IMG/VR virus record: IMGVR_UViG_3300043425_001673
Coordinates: 1 to 64,000 of that record
Length of the DNA stretch: 64,000 nt
Strand: one strand, 5' to 3'
DNA from: a virus
Shown: positions 17,991 to 28,021 of the stretch, piece after piece
Layout of the letters: the number at the start of each line of letters is the position of its first letter
How positions within the stretch are numbered: position 1 is the stretch's first letter
Translations under genes and position numbers: made by a program
The notes under the pieces: generated by a model
Databases searched by the model: none
The model's input: only the letters and a program-made list of their open reading frames with translations
What the model was told of the DNA's origin: nothing

Positions 17991-18358
17991 TGATCCTATC
18001 ACCTGAAATGTTTGAGCTATATTCGAGGGAAGTCATGAAGGATCTTGTTCCAATTCCAGATGGTCAACTGAGAGTAATGCATTATCCTCAAATTCCTTGT
18101 AAGGGTTTTGAGCTAAGGGTTACAACCATTGCAGATGCAAAGACTATCGCGGAAATCCTGGCGACTTATGATCTTTTTCTTTTGGATCAAAAACATCGTT
18201 CTGATTTTTACAATATGACAAGCATTCAGGTTTGGGATACTGATTGTCCTGATGATGATGGTTCATGCTGGATCGACCTTGATGAGTCTGAACAATTGGA
18301 AGTTCAAAAGTGCGGTGGTTATGCCGAATACAAAAAGCAGTACGGACATTCTTCGTGA
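17987..18358 (+). CDS. P22 gp17-like (anti-)superinfection exclusion protein
   Basis: LRVMHYPQIPCKGF..LATYDLF..DFYN pattern. Confidence 0.55.
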   Translation: MMILSPEMFELYSREVMKDLVPIPDGQLRVMHYPQIPCKGFELRVTTIADAKTIAEILATYDLFLLDQKHRSDFYNMTSIQVWDTDCPDDDGSCWIDLDESEQLEVQKCGGYAEYKKQYGHSS

Positions 18359-18560
18359 GATTCTTCCACTTCCCTATCGCATCGTTGTGGATGGTGAACC
18401 ATGTGTTGTCATAAGAAAATCAGAGTTTGATCTTTTGCTGACAGCCCTCGATGAAAAATTTTCATCGGCAGATTCCCTGGATAAGCTTTCCGGTATGATG
18501 CGGAAAGCTGTTTGCATCAGAAGAGTAAAGGCAAAAAAAGCATGGCCGCAAAAGCCGTAA
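18252..18560 (+). CDS. hypothetical protein
   Basis: ORF filling the gap between neighbours; true start probably later. Confidence 0.4.
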   Translation: MMMVHAGSTLMSLNNWKFKSAVVMPNTKSSTDILREILPLPYRIVVDGEPCVVIRKSEFDLLLTALDEKFSSADSLDKLSGMMRKAVCIRRVKAKKAWPQKP

Positions 18561-19096
18561 AATCCTGGATCGACACCTATGAGCCGGGAATTCAAAAGCA
18601 CTACGATAAGCTTGGTCAAGGTCTGCCTGACAAGATTGAGGACTTTTGGAAAAACTGGGTGAATGACAATGCCACAGGTCTTGAATGTCTTCCCCCTTTT
18701 GCAACAAAGGCCACACTCCTTGCAGATAATTTTCAGCTGTCGCTTCCCCCGACCGGAACGGCTCCTGTGATTGCCATGCTTATGGCCAATGCCTGGAAGG
18801 GGTATATGGAAAAAATTCAGTATCCTCCACCACCGCCTTCCCCGCCTTTTTCAGTCATAACCCTTGCAGCACCATCAAAGCTTGGTCTTGCGACTGCCTA
18901 TGCAGCGCTTTTATCAGGACTGATTGCAGAGATGAGCGTGATTCCACCTGATCCTGCGAGTGCCTTCAAGCTTAAGGCGACATCGTTTGGAACTCTTTTT
19001 TATACGGCAACAACCACAGTTGGAGTTGAGTTAACCGGGCTCTCTTTAAGCGTTCCCCCGGCACCGCTTTTTTTGCCATTGGTTCCGACCATTTAA
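18512..19096 (+). CDS. hypothetical Pro/Ala-rich protein, possibly baseplate-associated
   Basis: 194-aa ORF; likely start at 18542. Confidence 0.55.
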   Translation: MHQKSKGKKSMAAKAVKSWIDTYEPGIQKHYDKLGQGLPDKIEDFWKNWVNDNATGLECLPPFATKATLLADNFQLSLPPTGTAPVIAMLMANAWKGYMEKIQYPPPPPSPPFSVITLAAPSKLGLATAYAALLSGLIAEMSVIPPDPASAFKLKATSFGTLFYTATTTVGVELTGLSLSVPPAPLFLPLVPTI

Positions 19097-19200
19097 AATT
19101 TACCATCATTTCAATTACTTACATGGCTTTTCTGGCTCAAGTTTTTTTGCTATAGTGCCGATGAAAGTCATGTCAGGCTTTTGATTGGCGGGGTAATCCT

Positions 19201-19629
19201 TTGAATTTAAAAACAAAAACTTACTTGGTTGAAATGGCCTTCGATCGCAACGGCTGGAAAAATCGCTTTTTGGAATATACGCATGGTGCGGCTTATGAAT
19301 ATTTTTTGGCAAGACTCTTTGAACTGAACGGTCAAACGAAATGGGTTGAGCATAAATTCAATGAAGTTGAAAGACTTCTCGATCAGATGCAAATCCACTT
19401 TAACGATGCCAAAATCAAAGGCAAATGGGACCGAGCGAAAGCAGCAAAGGAAGTCCTGAGTGATCTTTATCAGGCTCAGTCCGGTTATGGTCTTCGGGCA
19501 AATAATGCTTACAAGGGACGCTACTTTTCAGGTGCAAATTTTTCTGTGCCTTATGATGAAAAACTTTCGGCATTGGTTTGGAAGGAATTCAAGCAAAAGC
19601 TTGATGATGCTTTGGAGTTTGAGACATGA
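19201..19629 (+). CDS. hypothetical protein
   Basis: 142-aa ORF coupled to the next gene. Confidence 0.55.
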   Translation: MNLKTKTYLVEMAFDRNGWKNRFLEYTHGAAYEYFLARLFELNGQTKWVEHKFNEVERLLDQMQIHFNDAKIKGKWDRAKAAKEVLSDLYQAQSGYGLRANNAYKGRYFSGANFSVPYDEKLSALVWKEFKQKLDDALEFET

Positions 19630-20051
19630 GAGTCAAACGACATGAAGATGAACATGACTGGCTTGAAAGCACAGCGGAGTTTGTCAAAAATTTAAATCTA
19701 CCCGAACTTGCTGAAGCTGGGCTTTATGAATATTTGGTTGAAATGGGAAATTCAGAGCGCAAAGGTTTGGAATCGCAGGTAGTCAGACTTATCATGCATC
19801 TTTTGAAGTTTCGTTATCAACCAGCCATGGCAAGCAATTCATGGAAAATTTCATGTGTTAATGCCAGACAGGAAATTCGGCGAACTCTTAAACATTCACC
19901 ATCGCTGCAGCGATATCTTTTGGAACTGTTGTCGGATGATGATGTTTACGAGGATGCCAGGGAAGCGGCTGAAGAAGAGACTTCAGTTAAGATGCCTCGT
20001 TCAAATCCATTTAAACCCGAAGAGATAATGGATAAGAGTTTTTTTGGATAG
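19626..20051 (+). CDS. DUF29 family protein
   Basis: EMGNSERK.LES....LIMHLLK..YQP....SW......R......SPSL..YL. Confidence 0.85.
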   Translation: MRVKRHEDEHDWLESTAEFVKNLNLPELAEAGLYEYLVEMGNSERKGLESQVVRLIMHLLKFRYQPAMASNSWKISCVNARQEIRRTLKHSPSLQRYLLELLSDDDVYEDAREAAEEETSVKMPRSNPFKPEEIMDKSFFG

Positions 20052-20104
20052 ACAGCATTTTTCAAGAGTAATAGGCTGGTTATTCACTATGAGTGAGTTG
20101 ACCA

Positions 20105-20599
20105 ATGCCAGCCCTGGTTGTGGAAATTATTGCCACTCAAAACGGCAATGAAGTGTTTACGCAGGAATATAGGGTTCCTTTACCTGAACTTTCTGTTCCC
20201 ATTCCATCGCTTCCCTCACTTCCCAGTCTTCCTTCGCTTCCAAGTCTGCCTGAACTATCAGCACCTGATATTCCGGCGTTCGCAGGCGGCGGGGGACCAT
20301 CGGCAGGCATAACCCTGCCTTCGCTCCCATCGCTTTCGATTTCCATTCCAAGTCCATCTCTTCCGGCTTTGCCGGAATTGCCGTCTCTTCCTAAGCTACC
20401 AAGCATATCGCTTCCTGATATTCCTGCTGTAGCCTCTGGACCGTCCGGTTCACTCGGTCTTCCCTCACTTCCTTCCCTTTCCATTTCTGTTCCTGTCCCA
20501 TCTCTGCCTTCACTTCCGAGCCTTCCCGAGCCGCCAGCCATTCCATTGCCGTCCTTTCCTTCCATCTATGATGTTTCGATTTCATCGCGGGTTGAGTAG
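20105..20599 (+). CDS. (LPS)n Pro/Ser/Leu repeat protein
   Basis: Many LPS triplets within a duplicated ~45-aa unit; directly upstream of the gp25-like gene. Confidence 0.6.
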   Translation: MPALVVEIIATQNGNEVFTQEYRVPLPELSVPIPSLPSLPSLPSLPSLPELSAPDIPAFAGGGGPSAGITLPSLPSLSISIPSPSLPALPELPSLPKLPSISLPDIPAVASGPSGSLGLPSLPSLSISVPVPSLPSLPSLPEPPAIPLPSFPSIYDVSISSRVE

Positions 20600-20626
20600 A
20601 TCTTGCGCTAAAATAGTGTTCATAGA

Positions 20627-21070
20627 GTGCAGAATCGGTCCATACCGGGGGAAATTTCTGTGGCGGCTGAGAGTAGACCGAGTAACCAGCGTCCATCCGA
20701 TCAGAAACTGATCGGCATTGCTTTCCCGTTTCAAAAAAAGAATGGGAAGTTTCCGTATACGCTTACCGATGCTCAGCTTGTCAAAAATGACATCATCATG
20801 CTGTTCAACACGCCGCTTGGATCGCGGGTGATGCGTCCCAACATTGGCTCCGATGCTGAAAGTTTTGTTTTTGAGTCGCAGGGGGATTTGCTGCAGGCTC
20901 AGCTAAGGCGCTCGATCCGGCAAACGATTTTAAACTCTGGCATTTCAGTCAACATTCTTTCCATCAGCTTTACTGAAAACGAAACCGAGTTGACGGCTGA
21001 TATCCAGTACGAAATTTATGGTGTCAGGGACAACCTTAGCGTCACTGTGGCGGAAAATACCGAATTTTGA
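20627..21070 (+). CDS. baseplate wedge GpW/gp25 family
   Basis: GIAFPF, TPLGSRVMRPNIGS, FE. Confidence 0.9.
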   Translation: MQNRSIPGEISVAAESRPSNQRPSDQKLIGIAFPFQKKNGKFPYTLTDAQLVKNDIIMLFNTPLGSRVMRPNIGSDAESFVFESQGDLLQAQLRRSIRQTILNSGISVNILSISFTENETELTADIQYEIYGVRDNLSVTVAENTEF

Positions 21071-21072
21071 AA

Positions 21073-21090
21073 AGTGAACTTGAATTCACT
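21073..21090. promoter_or_regulatory. 18-bp palindromic motif, copy 3 (AGTGAACTTGAATTCACT)
   Basis: Intergenic consensus match. Confidence 0.7.
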
Positions 21091-21104
21091 CGATAGGTGG
21101 AAGC

Positions 21105-23417
21105 GTGAGCAGTCTTAACAAAGTCAATTATGTTGATCAGGATTTTACAACCGCACTGACTCAGGTGCGAAATTATCTTGCAACAAACTATCCGAATGAA
21201 TATAACGATTATCTCGCTTCCAACCTCGGAACCGCTCTTTTAGATATCATCGCCTATGCTGAACAAAACCTTCTTTGGTATCTGAACCGAAAAGTCACCG
21301 ACCTATACTTTCCGACAGCTGTCACGCCAAAGTCCATATCCAAACTGGCAAGATTGCTGGGATACAAATCGCGCGGTGCGACCAGCGCTGAAGCTTCGGT
21401 GACTTTGAACTTCCCGGACGCTCCCTATACCTTTCCCGTTCAAATCAATCGCGGCTTTCAATGGCAGGGACCAAACAACACGGTCTGGGAATATCGAGGC
21501 AACGTCACACTCGTTCTGCAGCCGGGACAAACTTCGATCGGCAACGTGGTCCTCTCGCAAGGTGCGACCACGATCAATAACTTTGTGTCCGATGGAACGA
21601 ACAACCAGTTCTTTGAACTCCTGTCCGTTCCGCAGGGCAAGTTCGTCGATAAAAATTCCGTGGTTGTGACGATTGATGGTGAGGAATGGACTGAGCAGCC
21701 TGTCATTCCATTCTCAACTGAGAACAACTTTGAGACAAACCTTCTGGCCTTTCCACCTGTCGTGCGGTTTGGCGATGGTGTGCAGGGAAATATTCCTCCC
21801 GTTGGAGCGGGGATTCAGGTCACTTATGTCATCTCTGATGGATTTTTGGGAAGGATTACCAGTCAGAGCATTGGTGATCCCGTCGTTGGCCTTGTTGCAC
21901 AGTTTCAGGATATCCCTGTTACGGTGGATCAGCCGCTGCCAAGTGTTGGCGGTGAAGATCCCGAGGATATCCGAAGCATCACGGTCAACGCTCCCAAGTT
22001 CCAAAGGGTTCAGGATCGGGCAATCACGAAGGATGATTACGACTATCTTTCCAACGGCTTTGATAATGTTGCCAAAGCCGATGCTCAGATTGTGCGTGGC
22101 GTCTCAGGTGACTTTCAAACCCTTTTCTATCTCGACTCGATTTCATCCACTGTTCAAAGTGCCGTGACAGGTGCCTTCTCGTTGACTGAATCCTATGTCG
22201 ATGATTTGAACCTAGCCGTGTCGGGCATCGTTTCATCCACGCTTCAGTGCGGTGAAAGTTTGATCGTTGATCTTCTCCCGATCACATCGGCTATATCCGG
22301 CTCTGTCGATCAGATTGAAACGGATACGAATGATGCGATTGAAACGGCAAAAACCAATTCCGATGTCTTTTATGCGACCGTGGAATCCAAACTCTATGAT
22401 GTCGATGAAACATCGCTTCTTCTCATAGATGAAATCACAACGGTCTTTGATGTAAAAAATACCAGTATCGAAAGCTATCTGACTGCAATATCGGGAGCCG
22501 CAACAGGGACATCAGGAGCCTCAACCATTGCGGCCAACATTACCCTGATCCGAAACAAGCTGACCGACATGCGCTCGACTCTGCAGGCGACCGCCACAAC
22601 ATCCCAGGCAACAATTGATGGTTTGACTGATGAAACCATTACGGCGGTTGATGGAATCATGACCGAAATCACCTCCCTTTCCGGCGTGATTCAGGCGGCT
22701 GTGGCCAACGATCAAACCCAGATTGCCATTGATCTTGGACAAATCATTGATACCGTATCGGGAGCCGCTTCAGGCTTTTATGGAACCGTATCGGGATATC
22801 TTCAGACCATTGATGAATCGGTTTCCGGCATCAACCTTCTTTACTATCAGGCGACCAGCGGACTCTTTCAAAGTGTTGAGGCTGATGTTCAAGGTCTTTA
22901 TGCTCACCTTGACGAGCATCTTTCCGATTCCTGTATGGCCAACCTTGTTCAGGTCAAGGTTCTCGGCAAGGACAGCAACAGAAAATACGTGGCTCCCCTT
23001 CAGGATACGCTCGATGAACTCAAAGCCTATCTTGAAGCACGAAAGGACATCGTTCATACGATATCCTGTGTGGAAGGAACGGCTGATGTGATCAACGTCA
23101 ATATCACGATAGACGTAAAGGTCAATGAAAACGCGGTTGAGGATGATGTGCTTCAGTCGGTGCGTGATGCTCTTGAAAAATCTGATGTTCAGCCGTTTGG
23201 TATTCTGGTTGAACGTGCTTTCAACAAGCCGCTTTACATCTGGGAAATTGATGGAGCAATCCGTGATCGTGTAACGGAAGGTCATATTGATTATCTCAAC
23301 ATCAAGATCATTGGACCGGCTGAGTATCTTGATACGGCAGGGAACCTGATCAGTCCAAGTGGTTCCGTTCTTCAGGCAGGAACGATTACGGTGACGGCTC
23401 TGCCACGATTTGTTTAA
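21105..23417 (+). CDS. baseplate J / gp6-like wedge protein with a large helical insertion
   Basis: YVDQDF, LGTALLDIIAY, LARLLGY, FGDGVQG.IPP, GGEDPED, RAIT.DDY. Confidence 0.9.
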   Translation: MSSLNKVNYVDQDFTTALTQVRNYLATNYPNEYNDYLASNLGTALLDIIAYAEQNLLWYLNRKVTDLYFPTAVTPKSISKLARLLGYKSRGATSAEASVTLNFPDAPYTFPVQINRGFQWQGPNNTVWEYRGNVTLVLQPGQTSIGNVVLSQGATTINNFVSDGTNNQFFELLSVPQGKFVDKNSVVVTIDGEEWTEQPVIPFSTENNFETNLLAFPPVVRFGDGVQGNIPPVGAGIQVTYVISDGFLGRITSQSIGDPVVGLVAQFQDIPVTVDQPLPSVGGEDPEDIRSITVNAPKFQRVQDRAITKDDYDYLSNGFDNVAKADAQIVRGVSGDFQTLFYLDSISSTVQSAVTGAFSLTESYVDDLNLAVSGIVSSTLQCGESLIVDLLPITSAISGSVDQIETDTNDAIETAKTNSDVFYATVESKLYDVDETSLLLIDEITTVFDVKNTSIESYLTAISGAATGTSGASTIAANITLIRNKLTDMRSTLQATATTSQATIDGLTDETITAVDGIMTEITSLSGVIQAAVANDQTQIAIDLGQIIDTVSGAASGFYGTVSGYLQTIDESVSGINLLYYQATSGLFQSVEADVQGLYAHLDEHLSDSCMANLVQVKVLGKDSNRKYVAPLQDTLDELKAYLEARKDIVHTISCVEGTADVINVNITIDVKVNENAVEDDVLQSVRDALEKSDVQPFGILVERAFNKPLYIWEIDGAIRDRVTEGHIDYLNIKIIGPAEYLDTAGNLISPSGSVLQAGTITVTALPRFV

Positions 23418-23434
23418 GGTGAAAAGGATTTCCA

Positions 23435-23893
23435 ATGAGTATCGTTACGGCTATCCCAACTCAGTTTTTGAAATTCCCAATCCCAGGTGAGGACAGCGAT
23501 CCCTACTATGATCAGTTTGTCGAATTGATGAGCGTGGTGGAGAACTGGTCCTATATGAATGCGCTGATCAGAAATATTTTTCTGAGTGGCGGGGGAACAT
23601 TCACATGGGATGGAGTGAATGGGATTTTGCAGTGGACCGATGATTTTGCGGTGCCAATCTTTTTTTGGGGAAAAAGACTTCTCCTTCGCTATGGACCTGA
23701 CAACGCTTCGAGAAATTTTCAGCTACAGAATGGACAGGCCGCAATCATTGAAATTCCGTATGTGATTGGAACCGATACGGTCCTGAATTTTTCAGTCGTC
23801 TCGCAGCTTGATCAGACAAAACCCAATCAGTGGGTTGTCGGCTGGCGTGATGGAAGTTCGCTTTGGCTTCATACTCTTGGTCAAATCACCTGA
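23435..23893 (+). CDS. baseplate/tail structural protein
   Basis: Operon context; LSGGGTFTW. Confidence 0.55.
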   Translation: MSIVTAIPTQFLKFPIPGEDSDPYYDQFVELMSVVENWSYMNALIRNIFLSGGGTFTWDGVNGILQWTDDFAVPIFFWGKRLLLRYGPDNASRNFQLQNGQAAIIEIPYVIGTDTVLNFSVVSQLDQTKPNQWVVGWRDGSSLWLHTLGQIT

Positions 23894-23904
23894 AAGAATT
23901 ATAA

Positions 23905-24780
23905 ATGGTCACAAGACGAACAGGCTCAGGCTTCGGGCATACTCCTTTCGGAAGACGTTTCGGCAAAACCAACTATGGCCAGGACGTTATTCGGAACAAT
24001 TTGCCTGAGTCGTATCTTCTTGATGAAGACGGAAATGAAAATCAGCTGATTGCCCACTATCTCATGACGATTGAGGATAGTGTTGATCGGGTAAAAGCAG
24101 AAATTGATATCCTGGATCAGCAGATTGATTTTACTCAGGTTCGCGCCGATCTTTTGGAATACCTTGGTTCAACCATTGATGTCACAATTGATGATTCCGA
24201 GCCGGAAGAGTTTCAAAGATCGCTCGTTGGAAATGCGATTCAGTATTATCAAATCAAGGGAACCGGGCAGGCTTATCAGATACGGGGAAAAATTTCCGGC
24301 TTCAATGTCACGGTTGATAACCTTTACAAGATTGCCGATGATCTTGTCTCAGCCTTCCCTTCCGATGAACTCTTTGAAGTTCCCCCTGGATCGGGCATCT
24401 ATTTCACTATCCTTCCCCCTGGAAGTGTATCGGGAACGCCGACCGAACTTTCCTGTGATTATTGCCTGACAGCCTTCATCAAGCTTAACTTTGAAGTGGT
24501 CAAGGCTCAGCCGCCAGCTGTTGTAGGTGAAGGAAACTTTTTTGATCGACTTACCTTCAAGCTGCGTGAAATCATTCCGATTCATGTCAGGGATGTGCTC
24601 TTTGAACTTACAAGCACAATCATCGTTGATAACAACGATCAGATTGTTCTTGTCTCGGCTGTTGAAACCAGTTTCAATCCTGTTCCCTTTTTCTATCGCT
24701 TTGATAACTTTTCTGCCGACTCTGTTCCCTGCGATTGGCACGGTGCGGTTTCCGGTTTGGTTCAAACTGAGTTGGTATAG
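23905..24780 (+). CDS. baseplate wedge / tail protein I-like
   Basis: LLEYLG..I, YQIKGT, IIPIHV. Confidence 0.75.
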   Translation: MVTRRTGSGFGHTPFGRRFGKTNYGQDVIRNNLPESYLLDEDGNENQLIAHYLMTIEDSVDRVKAEIDILDQQIDFTQVRADLLEYLGSTIDVTIDDSEPEEFQRSLVGNAIQYYQIKGTGQAYQIRGKISGFNVTVDNLYKIADDLVSAFPSDELFEVPPGSGIYFTILPPGSVSGTPTELSCDYCLTAFIKLNFEVVKAQPPAVVGEGNFFDRLTFKLREIIPIHVRDVLFELTSTIIVDNNDQIVLVSAVETSFNPVPFFYRFDNFSADSVPCDWHGAVSGLVQTELV

Positions 24781-24795
24781 AGGAATCCAAAAAAT

Positions 24796-25251
24796 ATGGC
24801 TGACGCAATACTCACAGGAATCATCACAAACAAAGGCAGGGAAACCTTTGCCAAGGCGTTTGGACGAATCGGAACAGGTGTCGAAAGTTATGCCTTCAAA
24901 TTCAAATATGGTGAGGGTGGATTCATTCAAACCATAAATGGCAAAATACCTAAAGATCCTTCCGATGGAGTTGACCTGCTCGATGTTGAAGCTGCTTCCG
25001 ATCCGAACCTTTTTGTTTACACAAAAAACTTCGTGGTCACTGATTTGACGTTTTTTGCACCGTCCACCATGCAGTGTCGATGTCGGCTTGTCGAACTTGA
25101 GGCCAACGATAATGGATTTGGGGATAATCCCGGATTTTTTGAACTCGGAATTTTTGACAACAATGATAACCTAATGGCCTATACAACTTTTGCGGAACAA
25201 ACAAAAACAAGTAACAAAATTATCACCAATTTTGTTCAAATCGTTTTCTAA
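24796..25251 (+). CDS. tail collar / fibre-attachment protein
   Basis: IITNKGRE..A, ELGIFD....LMAY.TF...K. Confidence 0.7.
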   Translation: MADAILTGIITNKGRETFAKAFGRIGTGVESYAFKFKYGEGGFIQTINGKIPKDPSDGVDLLDVEAASDPNLFVYTKNFVVTDLTFFAPSTMQCRCRLVELEANDNGFGDNPGFFELGIFDNNDNLMAYTTFAEQTKTSNKIITNFVQIVF

Positions 25252-25266
25252 AGCAGCAGGGAATAT

Positions 25267-26667
25267 ATGGCTAGCATAACAACACAAACTCTGCTTCCGT
25301 CCTTCGTCAAGATGAGGTGGAACGAGCCGTATGTCTCGGCTGGTTTAAACCGTAAAACGTTTAAGAATACTCCGCGCGGTGTTTATTCAGGTTTTGTTGT
25401 CAAACCCGGTCCCGGTGCTTTTGACATTACGATTGCGCACGATGATCCTGAAGGCTATGGCATCGTATCGGGGTTTGCGGGTGGAAATTTTGATACAGCC
25501 TCGGGCTGGTCTGTGGCTGTGCATGAAAGTCTGATCGGCTTCAATACCACGGTCGCAATCCTTTCAAGTGAAACCACCAATTTCACATTCGATCTTTCGG
25601 GTGTGAAGGGCCAAACGGTTTACGCTGCACTCCATGTCGATTACAAAAGTGGACTTGATACTGTTGCCTCAATTCAAATCATTGAGGCATCCGATCTTGA
25701 GGCTGATCCGACACTGATCAACCTTGCAAGAATTGATGTTCCACTGGTTGGCTCCATTTCGACAGCCAACATTGTCTATGATGATCCAAGCTATCCTCGC
25801 GTTCTGCCGTTTGCCACGCCGTATAAATTCGGCTTCATGGATAAGTTTCAGGCTCAGATTCTTGAGGAACTGCAGTCGGTATCGAGCGCACCTGCCTTTT
25901 TCTATGAAACGGTTGTAACAGTTGACGGTCCCCAGACCGTAAGTCTTCCCCCGCTTGCCATATACACGGTTGGAGCCGATGACCTATGGGTTCATCGCAA
26001 TGGCCGCCTTATGGGGGTTGGCCGTGACTATGATGAAGTCGATCGTGGCGATGGATATGGTGAGGAAGTCGATTTCATATCGAGCCTTGTGGCAGGCGAC
26101 ATCATCACCTTCCGCATTCAAAAGTATGCAGCAAGCCTGACATCAAAGACCAAGGTTTTGGATGAAGGCGCTTTGATCAGTGACAACGTGGTCTTCATGA
26201 ATTTTTCAGGTGCCGGGGTTTCCGTGCAGCCTGATGGACCTTCGCGTGTCAAGATTGTCATTCCCGGTGGTGGAGCCTCGGCAGGCATAAGAACCAAGAC
26301 GAACAATACGGGTTCATCGCTTGCCGTCTATCGTGCGGTCACTCTTTTGTCCGACAACACCATCAAATATTTTGATCCGACTGTTTCAGGTGAGTCACTT
26401 TATGGAGTCACCATCCAGACCATACCCGATGCCTCGCCTGGGGACGTGCAGGTTCTTGGAGTAATTGTCGGTGCAGCCGCAGGTGTCAGTGGTGCTATAA
26501 TTGGCCAGGATTGCTATGTGTCCCATGCAGGTGATGGATCGCTTACGACGATTCCCCCTGATCCTTTGTCCGGTCAGGTTGTGCGGCTTGGCATCTTTGA
26601 AGGTGACAACACCATCGTCACATCGACTGCGACCGATATCCTGATCGACAAAGAGAGGATAGCCTAA
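25267..26667 (+). CDS. tail fibre/appendage protein
   Basis: PRGVYSGF N-terminus, V.RNG...G.DY.E repeat domain, C-terminal decoration-like domain. Confidence 0.65.
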   Translation: MASITTQTLLPSFVKMRWNEPYVSAGLNRKTFKNTPRGVYSGFVVKPGPGAFDITIAHDDPEGYGIVSGFAGGNFDTASGWSVAVHESLIGFNTTVAILSSETTNFTFDLSGVKGQTVYAALHVDYKSGLDTVASIQIIEASDLEADPTLINLARIDVPLVGSISTANIVYDDPSYPRVLPFATPYKFGFMDKFQAQILEELQSVSSAPAFFYETVVTVDGPQTVSLPPLAIYTVGADDLWVHRNGRLMGVGRDYDEVDRGDGYGEEVDFISSLVAGDIITFRIQKYAASLTSKTKVLDEGALISDNVVFMNFSGAGVSVQPDGPSRVKIVIPGGGASAGIRTKTNNTGSSLAVYRAVTLLSDNTIKYFDPTVSGESLYGVTIQTIPDASPGDVQVLGVIVGAAAGVSGAIIGQDCYVSHAGDGSLTTIPPDPLSGQVVRLGIFEGDNTIVTSTATDILIDKERIA

Positions 26668-27392
26668 TGAGTCAAAATCTTCTCAAACTTCAAATAGTCA
26701 ACGGTCGGGCTCGGACATCAGTCGTCGATGAGGACAACGATGGTTTTCGCTTCAAGGAAATAACCATCGGAAGCGTGACGCTTACCGAAGAGGTTGTTTC
26801 AGGTCTATCCTATGACTTGGTTCAGACCGTATCAGGTGATCTTCAGACTCAAATCGACAATCTTGCCCTGGATCAGCAGGGTGTATCGGGAAATCTTCAG
26901 CTGCAAATTGATCAGCTGTCGGGCGCTATCGACAGCATTCTCTCCAACAATCCCGATCAGTATATTGAAACCGTTGCTGAGGTTTCCGGTCAGACCATCT
27001 TCGATATTCCCTTCACCTTCGATCCTCTTTCAACCGTTCTCGATGTTGAAGTCTTCATCAATGGAAGACGTTATCCCCAGTGTACGGTTGGCGATTTTTC
27101 GACGGGAAATTTCCGCAAAAATTCATCGACTCAAATTGAACTCGATGCGACGATTCCCTACAACGCACAGTTTGTAATCTGGAAGCAAGGCACGGCAACA
27201 GGCGGCGGTGGTGGTGGAAGCACTGATCTTGATAACATCGACACCAATCCCAAACCCGCTGTGGCTGGCGGCTATAGCCTTGGAACGATATCAAGACCAT
27301 GGTCCGGTCTTTATCTGAAGGATACCGTGACAAGTCAGGTGTGGCTGCTTCAGGTTGTAAGCGGAGCCTTTGAAGTGATTGAGGTGCCGTAA
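26667..27392 (+). CDS. virion appendage protein (VSG-rich)
   Basis: VSGDLQTQID coiled repeats, VFINGR domain, YSLG...PW..LY. Confidence 0.6.
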   Translation: MSQNLLKLQIVNGRARTSVVDEDNDGFRFKEITIGSVTLTEEVVSGLSYDLVQTVSGDLQTQIDNLALDQQGVSGNLQLQIDQLSGAIDSILSNNPDQYIETVAEVSGQTIFDIPFTFDPLSTVLDVEVFINGRRYPQCTVGDFSTGNFRKNSSTQIELDATIPYNAQFVIWKQGTATGGGGGGSTDLDNIDTNPKPAVAGGYSLGTISRPWSGLYLKDTVTSQVWLLQVVSGAFEVIEVP

Positions 27393-27947
27393 ATGGGCTA
27401 TGCAATCATCAAAACCAAAGCTGTTGAGTTTGAGCCGATCAATCCCAATGATGCAAGGCCAAACTCAATCTATGTTGATACCTTGAACGCCAATACCTTC
27501 AGTAATAAAAATGATGAAGGAACCAATCAGACTGTTGCTGCAGCGCCGGACAGTTTCGCCAAGCAGGCAAAGAACATGACAGGCGTTACGATTCCAGCCA
27601 TGACGCCAATCTCACGCGCGGGGGATGGAACGATTGTCCCGGCTGATTCGGATGCAGCCCAAGGCCAGCGTCCCATTGGTGTCACGATGGAAGCTATTTT
27701 GCACAACAGTTTTGGATTAATTGGGCTTGTCGGAAAAAACATCACAGGCGCACTGACTTCCTATTCCTTCTCGCCTGGACAGGATCTTTATGTGAGTGAG
27801 ACAGGCGGTTACACGGCTGATGGAAACTCATTTTCCGGTGACAACGATTCATTGATTCTCATCGGAATTGCCGATTGCGCTGATGGTGATGCTTCCGCTT
27901 CGGCTCCTGATCTTATTCTTTTGAGACAGATTCTGGTCAGACCATAG
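27393..27947 (+). CDS. virion decoration-like protein
   Basis: ADSD...IGV, PGQDLYVSETGG; paralogous to the C-terminal domains of its neighbours. Confidence 0.55.
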   Translation: MGYAIIKTKAVEFEPINPNDARPNSIYVDTLNANTFSNKNDEGTNQTVAAAPDSFAKQAKNMTGVTIPAMTPISRAGDGTIVPADSDAAQGQRPIGVTMEAILHNSFGLIGLVGKNITGALTSYSFSPGQDLYVSETGGYTADGNSFSGDNDSLILIGIADCADGDASASAPDLILLRQILVRP

Positions 27948-28021
27948 TTTTTTGAATTTGGTATTTTTGAATTTTTGTTTTGAGCCGCAGTTTTTAGAAA
28001 CAAAAAATAGGAAAGCGAAAC

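Noticed and set aside
20137-20565. Antisense Gly-rich ORF (GSEGR repeats) and other long antisense ORFs such as 22770-23435, 43536-44282 and 59767-60567
   Set aside because: Shadows of well-supported + strand genes, with no motifs of their own
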